NCBI GenBank assembly: GCA_910592345.1
Contig: CAJVPI010000194.1
Location: forward strand, 1-43,762
DNA from: Paraglomus brasilianum
Lineage: Eukaryota
DNA: 43,762 nt
Reading direction: 5' to 3'
Below are positions 34,724-43,762 of this stretch, in pieces (the stretch's first letter is position 1; every line of letters starts with the position of its first letter). The notes under the pieces are model-generated. The model was given only the letters and a program-made list of their open reading frames with translations, was not told where the DNA came from and searched no databases. A program made the translations under genes and the position numbers.

Positions 34724-37624
34724 TCCTAGCGCGTATATAGGTTCAGAATAGTAATAAGCTTTAATACCTAAATGTTATTCAAGCTTCTTTGTGTATGTTC
34801 TCATATGCCACACTTTAAAGTGTTCCGGTGGAATACTATGTGTGTCTCTCCTAAACGCAGTTAATTAAGTTACTTAGTTATACAGATTTATCTAACAATG
34901 TCTCTATGTGCAATAAGAAAACTTTAGTTCTCCGTAGAGATCTAGGGATGATGGGTAAAGAACGATAGTCGGTATATTGTGTAAACGAATGTTTGAGAGG
35001 TTGTCTACGCCTTATTGACACTAATATGTTAGCGGCGTGGTTGTGGACGTTAGGGAATAAATACAAGAACGGCAGTAGTAGAAGTTGGCAAAGAGACGCG
35101 AAAAATGGTGTGCTTTTGTTCGGGGATAATATGTCCAGTGTTAAGGCGGAGTTTAGAATAGATGTAAACGGGGTTTCTAAAATGCTTGGCTAGTATAAAT
35201 AAATCAGAAATTCAATCACAAGATCTCCAATGAGTATGGTGGATTTTGGTGGACGTTTCACCCACCTCGGGTGATGTTTCGGGGGCTGAAGACAAGGAGT
35301 TTGGAGTCGAGGAAGGGGTAAGCAGTAACGGAATACTATTCGCAAACAGAACCTTTAAGCATAAGAGACTGCTATAAGTGTGCTAATGAAGATGCTCTGC
35401 AGTAAACGACTATAAATATATGTTATCACATTTATCGCGATGTTATATTCGATGACGTGTGAGTTTAGGCCGCTTACAAATCATTATTCGGTCATTTATG
35501 GAGACGCAGCATGGCGCTGAGAGCGCGTAAGAAGACAAAGGGTGGAGGATTATGAATGAACCATGACTTTACAATATAAATGAAAAAGGTTAGATTCCAG
35601 TGTGCATATAGTGAGAACAAATGTTAGATATAGCAATAAATATCGTTATAAACGGAATGTTGGTTGGACATGTTGAGACAGTTTGCGCATTTGCTTTCGA
35701 CAATGCTAAGAGTCTTGACTTGGCCATTACTGCGACAACACGATAAAAAGCACAACGTATTGATGCGCGCCCAATGAATGATCATAAATGGAGGCTGCGC
35801 AACCGCGTCGCTGGAATTGATACACAACCTGCAGGTCGATGTTCGTTTTTTTTTTTTTAGTAAAAGGGGAAGAAACTCAACGCATTTCTTATTCCTTTGT
35901 ATCGGTTAGTCGAAACAAAGCGACACTGTCTTCGGTATTTGCAAAACAACAACGAAAGAATATAACGGGAGAACATAACAAAGGTCGATTAAACAGACTA
36001 ATTTAGTAAAGAATGGACGCAAGCAGTAAGAAATACCCTCACGACTTTTCAGAGAACGAGTAGCGAATGGTATCAACTTTAGTAATATGCATAATGTTAA
36101 CAAATGCATCATGTTATTGTGTTCGAATGACAATTATTATAAATCTATAAATGATACAATAATAACAATCATAGTGGTTTTACAATAACGCAGTAGCATA
36201 TTTTCAATTATTAATATAGCCACCCTTCTTTCCTTATTGTTGTTTCTAATTATTTATAATATATTATTACTGTGATGGTTACGGTTATAATTAGGATTCT
36301 GCCAATTATTTGGACTATTTTTTGACCAAATTAGGCCAATTTCCAGCAGTTACGTTCATTGGTTGAACGAGCAAGAGAATGCCCTTAATAATATCTACCC
36401 TTGTCGGTTGATGACGAACACATTGTCACCGTTTGTGGAATGCATCCCGACAAGCCACGTACAACAATTCCATCTCATGTTTCACAATGCACGATCTAAA
36501 ATATCTAATAGTTCGACGAATAGTTTTATGGGTATGGGAGTGATAAAAGTGATCATAAGATGACCAGCCAACGAAAATAAGGTCAGAGAGTGAGTAGGTT
36601 GGTTTCTTTTTGTAAGTAGCAAACAGCCGTGCTCATCCTATCTTACGTGATTGCATGTACAATATCAATATGAGGATAGCCGGTACGTTAGAGTAATCGG
36701 TGATAAAGTTTTTTTTTAATGTCATTTTACTCTGATGGATGACAATGGAACTTTTGTATGTGTGTAGTGTATGCCAAATGCTGGCTATGTAGCGTGTCAT
36801 CTTGGAGAGAATTCCCAAACCGATATCTCAACCAAAATTCAGAGTAAAATTTTAATATTCTAAAATATCGTCGAAGGTTTTGAATTGTATCGTAAACTGT
36901 GTGATATGCTGTGATCATGAAAATGGGAATATTCGGAAGTGATGACAATGGAAAGCGTAACATCCAAATACTAATGATACGAAACAGATGTAGATATACA
37001 AGATTGTGTATACAAGTGTGTTACAGTAATTACTTTAGATGCATTATCCACACATCAATTGATGTTATTCGTCCGTTCTTGTATCACGTGTTTATGTTCG
37101 GTTTGTCCTACGGAACGGGTTCGGCTATTTTCATTTTTGCATGTATCATATGCCTATTGTTAGACAGCACAGAGACACAGCCGAGCGGTTAGCTCCACTG
37201 GATTCTCTCCGTCCAATGGCAAAATCGAATGCGTATATTAACAACCCCAATAATTGCTACCACATTGTCCATCGACCAGTAACTCCATCCTCTTTTGCCA
37301 TTAGCTCGAACGCTATACACTGGATTCACATAAATAGTTATCACAATAAATTCTCTGTTTCATTGACCCCTAAAATTAGCCCCCTCCCCCAACTCCCCAA
37401 CAGCATTCAGTTAACTTGCTAAACGACCAAACAATATTTATTAGCCCATAATATTGTATAAATTACTATGATCCTTTTAGAAGAAATATATAAATCTCTA
37501 CATTTATTTGTAACCATTATCATTCTCCCAATTTCTGTTATCTGACTGCTACTATTATCGTTCATCATATACATTACCGTCACTTTATGAATGGTATGAC
37601 TTCACACAAAAAATTTGCTCCAAT

Positions 37625-39978
37625 ATGAAATCAAGAAAGAATATCCCGAATGAATTTTCCTTGGAATATGTCAATAAATCCCACATTGAATCTTTCGAGA
37701 GAGCGCTTGCATTCAATCCGGACACTGATCCTAATGAGCATATCGTTGCTGCCACCGAATTACTCCCATTTAGACAACCTGCACCCTCGACAGTAGAGGG
37801 AATAACGTATCGGTTGTTTAGGTTTCCATTGATGGTCAGTTCTGTCAATTACTTGAGTGAACTTTGATCCCGAACTTTAATGAATTCACACCACTGTTCA
37901 TTAGATCATCGCCTTTGCATATATACTTGTTGAAGTTATTCTTTACCTCATTGTGAGAGCAATTGTTGCATCATGGGAATATATTGTTACGTAGTAAGTA
38001 ATACCTGACAGATTCTCTTTACATCCAATAAGTATTGTTGTCCCAATTACTGACTTTTATTTATCCTCAGTCTACATGGAAGAGGAACCAATCTCACAAA
38101 TAGTCTCAGGGAAGCAAGAACGTATAAGGAATGGGTTGATACAGCATTAAAACTGGATGCATGCTACGGCTATGACAAATGGAAACAAGAAACTCCATTC
38201 CGATATTATGACTACAATCTATTGCAGAAAGTGGAAAGGGATCTCAGAGAATTTAGAGAAGGCAAAATGGCTGATCCATATGCATTGAAAAATTTGTTAC
38301 TGCACTCGGTTAAAGGAAATTTCGCGGGAGTAGAGAATACAAGACTATACAGTCATACTTATTATGGTACCAAGAGACTAGTAGATTCGTATATTGATGA
38401 AGGTCCGTACCTATAAAAGTACATGCATCTAATAAGCGTCAGGAGATTTATTTGATGATTTGGATGGTGATCCTTTATGCCATACCATGAGTTTGTAACA
38501 TTCTTGATTTCTTTTTTTTTTTTTTTTTGTATTCTATAGTGACAGAATCTCTCGACCATTTGCGCACATCCTCCCTTATCTCGCACAGGGACAAACATCG
38601 GCTATTTAAACTAGCCTGCAAGAACTATGGCCGTACTGCCCTCTGTCTGAGCGGGGGAGCCAGCTTCGGTTATTATCACATCGGTGTAGTGCGCGCACTC
38701 TATGATGCTGGTCTGCTCCCGTCAGTTATCACGGGTACCAGTTCTGGCGGTCTTATAGCCGCATTAACATGTACCCATACTAACGAAGAATTAGAGCAAG
38801 TGCTACGACCAGAAATCTGTTCCCGCCTCAATGCTTGTGGGGATTCGATAGACATGTGGCTGAAGAGATTCTGGAAAACCGGCGCTAGATTCAGTGCTGT
38901 TGATTGGGCACGCAAAGTTCAATGGATTACGAAAGGAAGCTTGACTTTTCGAGAAGCTTACGAGAGAACAGGAAGGATACTCAATATTTCTGTTATCCCG
39001 TATGATACGCATTCTCCTCCTAAACTTCTTAATTATATTACGGCGCCTGACTGTGTGATATGGTCAGCTGGTAAGTGATTTGACGTAAGTCATCGTGAAC
39101 TACCTACATAATACTAATTGCTCGTTGATACAGTGATTGCCAGCGCCGCAGTACCAGGCATACTGAATCCGGTTGCCCTTATGCAAAAAACAGCGGATGG
39201 ATCACTGGTGCCTTATAATTATGGACACAAATGGAAAGATGGCTCGCTACGCACGGATATTCCATTGCAGTCTCTCTACTCTCTGTTTAACGTCAAGTTT
39301 ACCATAGTATCACAAGTCAATCCTCATATTCATATATTTTTTTATGGGCCCCGTGGCTCAGTCGGTCGTCCAGTTGCTCATCGTAAAGGACGTGGATGGC
39401 GAGGGGGTTTCCTATTATCTAGTTTTGAGCAGATGCTCAAATTAGACCTAAGCAAATGGTTGAAAGTGATCAGAGATCTAGAATTGATGCCACCTGTAGC
39501 CGATCAGGATTGGAGCTCTGTCTGGCTACAACGATTTGACGGTAATATCACCATTCTTCCCAAAATAACAGTCTGGGACTATTATTATATACTATGTGAT
39601 CCCGATTACCGTCGTCTATCCCACATGATTACATATGGTCAACGAGCAGCATGGCCAACATTGAAAATGATATCCAATAGGTTAAAAATCGAGTGTGCTA
39701 TCGAGAAGGGACGCCGAACAGTCAAGCGTGAGAGATACCGGTTACATCGACGAGTAGAATGTAATCATCCTCATCACGAAGACACGGAAAATACTTCTGA
39801 ATCAGTAGATTCATCTGTTGGTGGAAATAGCGGATCAAGCGATTCAGGTGATAGAAATGAGGGAAATGATGTTGGAGTTGAGTATGCAAAGAGATGGCGA
39901 GAACATAGCGGGCTAATGAGGAAGAAAGAACATCGTTCGTATTCCATCCCGTCGCAATCCGATAGTGATAGTTTTTGA
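37625..39978 (+). CDS. Patatin-like phospholipase / triacylglycerol lipase (Tgl3-5/SDP1-related), 5 exons
   Basis: GRTALCLSGGASFGYYH (oxyanion region), GTSSG nucleophile elbow, WSA|VIASAAVPG, WKDGS catalytic Asp and IVSQVNPH, plus an N-terminal hydrophobic helix. The exact start is uncertain because of upstream ATGs at 37587, 37591 and 37596. Confidence 0.92.
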
Positions 39979-40964
39979 GCGAGCAGGATGAAGCATAGTG
40001 AGCTTATGTGTGTTAAAGTTAGAGCCAACTCGTCATCGTCAGTATTATAGCAGAGTTTTATTTATGATCATTTCCTCACAATTGTAAATTTTAGAAACAT
40101 TAAAAATAAACGACACTATTAACAAATATTATTTAACAGTCGTCATTAATCTAGGGTTAATGTCCGATGATGACGTATTTGATTATTTTATGTTTTTATT
40201 ATTATCATGGCTATGGTTACTTATGTTTGTCGCTTTCAGCAAGTCGAGTACATAAATTTAAGCACTGTAAGCGAAGTCTCTTGTGTATATTTTGCCAGGT
40301 GAACGCAAATACGGCAACTTGGCGAACAACAACTCACTACAAACTTTCAATACTACTGCTTATATGGGCGAGAAAGAGACTTCTAGCTATTGTGTGTACG
40401 TCAAACATTATCATTATAATCACTCATTATAATGTTTTTTGGTGCTTTTTCGTTCTGATAATGCAAGTATCCACAATAAACAATTGATGTTAGAAACATC
40501 AGTATAGTAATGGCAGAGCGGACGCTATTATTCCGTAACAGCGAATAGATACTTGTATTCGAAGAGCGTAACGAAAAAGGACGGTGACAAAACCTTGCAT
40601 CCAAGCCTAAAAGATACTTTATTGACCGTAAAATTTTTAGTAGACAATTCTATCACCATTTTTTATGACTAGTTTACACTTATTCTTCATAGACTGCACT
40701 AAATTACAGTCGGACCTCTTTATAATCACCAAGTCCTCAAAGTGGTGATTGTATAGAGGTGTGACTGTAATTATAAAACCTCTATACAATCACCACCATA
40801 ATTAAAATAATGTGCAGTGATTATATAGAGGATTTTATGTTTGTATTATAAATGGTATAATAATAACAATAGAATAGTAATAGTAATTATAAAATTCATT
40901 TATTGTTTACTAATCATTATTTCATTAATTACTATTTAAAACAGCATAATTATGACAATAAATT

Positions 40965-43247
40965 TCAACTAAAAAAATTGGTTATTTGAACTTGCTTTTT
41001 AGTTTGCATTTTAAGTTCATGAAGTGTTTTAAGATACTTTTTAAAAACGCGTACATCTTCTTTCTTAAATTCATCCATTTCTTGCTGCTCAAAGAAAGTC
41101 ACCCAAGTTTGTAAAGATTTTGTTGCATTATCTAAAGAAACTAATACCAGTTCATCTTCAGAATCATCTGAATTATTGTTTTCTTCATTCATTTCCTCTT
41201 GAATCAATTTAATGATATCATTTTCATTTAAAACATCTTCAGTTAGTATTTCTTCTTCTAAATCACAAAAATCATTTGAAGCATCTGCCAAGGAAACAGC
41301 AAGATGGTTGTCAGATGCAACACTTAAGTCTTCAATAAGTTGATTAGTATCTGCCACTTCATTATCTAAAATATCTTGCTGAATTTGCATCACATTGGTT
41401 ATATCATTGTCACTGGTAGAGGGTAATATTCCAGTTTTAACCCAACAATTAAAGATTGTATCACTGCTTACATTCCCCATGCATCTGCCAGATAATCAAC
41501 AGTTTCCTTGATATTTACATTTTCTTTATTTATATCCTTACCTTCTTCAAAAAGTTTTAAAACGGGTCGGCAATAGTTTCGTTTATAATAGGCTTTAAAA
41601 TTCTTGATAACTCCTGCATCAAGTGGCTGAAGATGACTCGTGGTATTAGGAGGTAGAAAAACTGAGTTAGATTAAGTTCAGTATCACCATTACCTTGTTG
41701 AGAATTGATGTGTGACGGCGCATTGTCAACCAAGAGCAAAATTTTTTTATCTTGCGCTCTAAAATATTTGTCCAAATGCTGAAGTATTTCTCCAAAAATT
41801 GATGAATTCATCCATGCTTTGGGATTTGCACGATAATTAATTCGTGAAAAAGATCTCGGACGTTTCGCATTACCAATTACCCATAAGTTCATCAGTTCCT
41901 GTCGCATTGGCACCAAGAAGAACTGTTATTCTGGTTTTATCTTTCTTCTGGCCAAGAACAGGTTTGCTTGAAAGTGTTTGATTCGGTGGCATTCGGTAAA
42001 AAAGACCTGTTTCATCGATATTATAAATTTGATCAAGGGTAAACCGGCTCAAAAGTCTACTTTCATTTGGGTTTTTCATTGCTCGTTTTGAATTTCTCAT
42101 TGTTTTAATTTGTTGTCGGTATCACTGTCATCATTGTTTCCGCCACCACAGTTATTGGCAGATGAGCAGTTTATAATAAGAGGTAAAGCTGATTATTGTA
42201 GCGTTGACGCGATTGCTCATTACAGTTACGATTGGGCACAAAACGTTCACGTGCCCCATTCTGATCAACAGGTAAGTAAGATTTATTATCTTAGTCCGCG
42301 TAAAGTGCATTTGTTTGGTATTCAAAGATGAAGCGGTAGCCAAGAAATCTACAAATTTAATGGTGCTGAAGAAGTAATTCAGCAAGAACACTTGCGACAA
42401 AAATGCTATCGCTATGTGAACTGGAGCATTTAAATCACCTTCTAGGAAACAGGGTCTAGACATCTGCGAAATCTAAGCGGTAACGCAATACTAGCTTGCA
42501 ACATTAGCAATTTATATCCTTCCCCGTCCGCCAAGTGAATCCAGAGTCGTCTTGAGAATATGTTTCTTTTAAACAAATCAAAAATCACAAACCCACCATT
42601 ATTCCCCTTGTACGCACAAGCACAAATATATAACCTCTACACACAATTTACATTATTAACGACCAAACTACTAATCTTTATTGGCAAGTAAACCAATGAC
42701 GCAATTTTGTACGTTCTTCTGTAAGAGATTCCAATGGGGGCACTTCCTGCTTCTCCGTGTGCATAATATCTTTGAATGTTGTTGCGTTTTTTTGAATTTC
42801 TCAAGCCAGCCATTAGAAAACGTCAATTCACCTTCCTGTATGTTAAATGCTTGAGCGAAAACCCTAGCCTTTTCTTTAATTAACAAATCGGTTAAGGTAA
42901 CACCTCCTGCTGTTACATTTTCTACCCATAAACTCATAGCATGATTTAATAATGGAAACTTAGCCTCTCTGTGTCTAAGTTGTTAGAAAGTTCATAAGAT
43001 GTAATGAAGTTTCAAAGTGTTATTAAAAAAACAACTGCGTACCTAAATGTTTTAGTCGAAACTTCAGCGCTAACTACGGCCTTCCACTTGTCTTTTTCTT
43101 TCGGTCAATCTTCATACTAAGGTTTCTTTCATTAAAATACTGAGAAATTTCATGGTGTTTTTTATTTTTATTTGTTTCCGCCCATTCGCATATTTGACGC
43201 ATAATGTCGTCGCTAATAGCTGAACAGTGTTGTTTGGGCTGAGATAA
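40965..43247 (-). pseudogene. Tigger/pogo-like transposase pseudogene (HTH, CENP-B-type HTH, DDE_1), frameshifted and interrupted
   Basis: HREAKFPLLNHAMSLWVE...LIKEKARVFA...FSNGWLEKFK; catalytic blocks IYNIDETGLFYR, LLLVDNAPSH and FLPPNTTSHLQPLDAGVIKNFK lie in different frames; C-terminal NCWVKTGIL...KKQVQITNFF. Contains a GT-AG intron at 43042-42975. Confidence 0.88.
42057..42696 (+). mobile_element. 640-bp foreign insertion inside the transposase, containing a fragment of an unrelated, probably Sola-like transposase
   Basis: Removing 42057-42696 restores CGT CAA CTT TTG AGC CGG TTT (RQLLSRF) on the minus strand. The insert encodes HYSYDWAQNVHVPHSDQQVSKIYYLSPRKVHLFGIQ (42218-42325) on the plus strand. 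Confidence 0.65.
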
Positions 43248-43430
43248 CTAAAAAGAACAATTGTATATAGAGAAAATGAGGATTTTATATGAGTTTAATT
43301 TGAAGATAAGTAGTAGGAAAATGATGATAATCCCTTATAAGATTAATTTTATAACCAATCAGGTTTCATTAATATGCGGCCAATCAAAAATTAGTGATTA
43401 TAGAGAGGTCAATTACTAATAATAATAATA

Positions 43431-43762
43431 CAGTCCTACCTCAGTTATATCCCCCCCCCCCCCCATTTGTATCCCAACCTCGGTTATATCCCAGCTTTGA
43501 TGCTAGACGGATTTCCCTTATTTTAATTCCATATAAATCTACCTCAGTTATATCCCTATCCCCGATTTTTCCCAATCCTATAGTAATCCATTATGAACGT
43601 GACCTCGTTTATATCCCCTTAATTATATTAAGCAAATTTATTAACCATATATGTATCATTGTATTACACAATAAATCATGTCATCTCTATATATGAATAT
43701 TTGTGTTAGAATATGTCGATTATTTGCTTCATTTGGTTAGTCACAATTCTCGATACAGTAAA
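43431..43762. mobile_element. Terminal region of a second CAGT-terminal pogo/Tigger-type element, probably running off the window
   Basis: TA|CAGTCCTACCTCAGTTATATCCC at 43431. The motif ACCTC(A/G)(G/T)TTATATCCC occurs four times (43438, 43477, 43541, 43602). Contains a C14 run at 43451-43464. Confidence 0.75.

Larger units (their letters stand above)
40707..43410 (-). mobile_element. Decayed Tigger/pogo (CENP-B-like) DNA transposon
   Basis: Left end TA|CAGTCGGACCTCTTTATAATCACC with subterminal copies in both orientations (about 40744, 40777, 40818). Matching inverted motif GTGATTATAGAGAGGTC at 43394-43410. Encloses a transposase pseudogene. Confidence 0.85.

Noticed and set aside
35828..35839. 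CCTGCAGGTCGA matching a cloning-vector polylinker
   Set aside because: Only about 12 bp with no flanking vector sequence; expected by chance.
542..40604. Numerous 60-130 aa antisense or intron-spanning ORFs in the six-frame track
   Set aside because: They overlap well-supported genes on the other strand or frame, or are AT-rich UTR/intergenic read-throughs with no motifs.
43438..43617. Spaced short repeats resembling a CRISPR array (also 1-130)
   Set aside because: Repeats are only about 12-16 bp with irregular spacing, start at TA|CAGT transposon termini, and have no cas genes; the context is eukaryotic.

Overview
Eukaryotic, intron-rich fungal genomic DNA. Short GT-AG introns (mostly about 60-120 nt) and the gene content suggest an early-diverging fungus (Mucoromycota s.l., possibly Glomeromycotina); this assignment is inference. 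Ten protein-coding genes can be built by hand: an intronless mitochondrial PPR protein (Pet309/CYA-5-like), alpha-SNAP (SEC17) divergent from a 26-exon cohesin SMC1, an intronless sugar-1-phosphate nucleotidyltransferase, a small 4-TM LAPTM4-like protein, an EF-hand/coiled-coil/tail-anchored KASH-like protein divergent from a Rho1 GEF (DEP-DH-PH-CNH), UDP-glucose 6-dehydrogenase, a Pfa3-like DHHC palmitoyltransferase, an intronless SANT-domain protein and a patatin-like lipase. The gene island is bracketed by TA-flanked, CAGT-terminal pogo/Tigger-type DNA transposon ends. These include a decayed intron-containing Tigger-like transposase carrying a 640-bp foreign insert, and a MITE upstream of the dehydrogenase. 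Leads most worth follow-up: a stand-alone GKUP-like nucleotidyltransferase 13 kb from UDP-glucose dehydrogenase (possible UDP-glucuronate salvage), the KASH-like protein, a PPR array readable with the plant PPR code, a 12-nt micro-exon carrying the DHHC catalytic Cys, and the LAPTM4-like PY-motif protein. No rRNA, tRNA or CRISPR features were seen.
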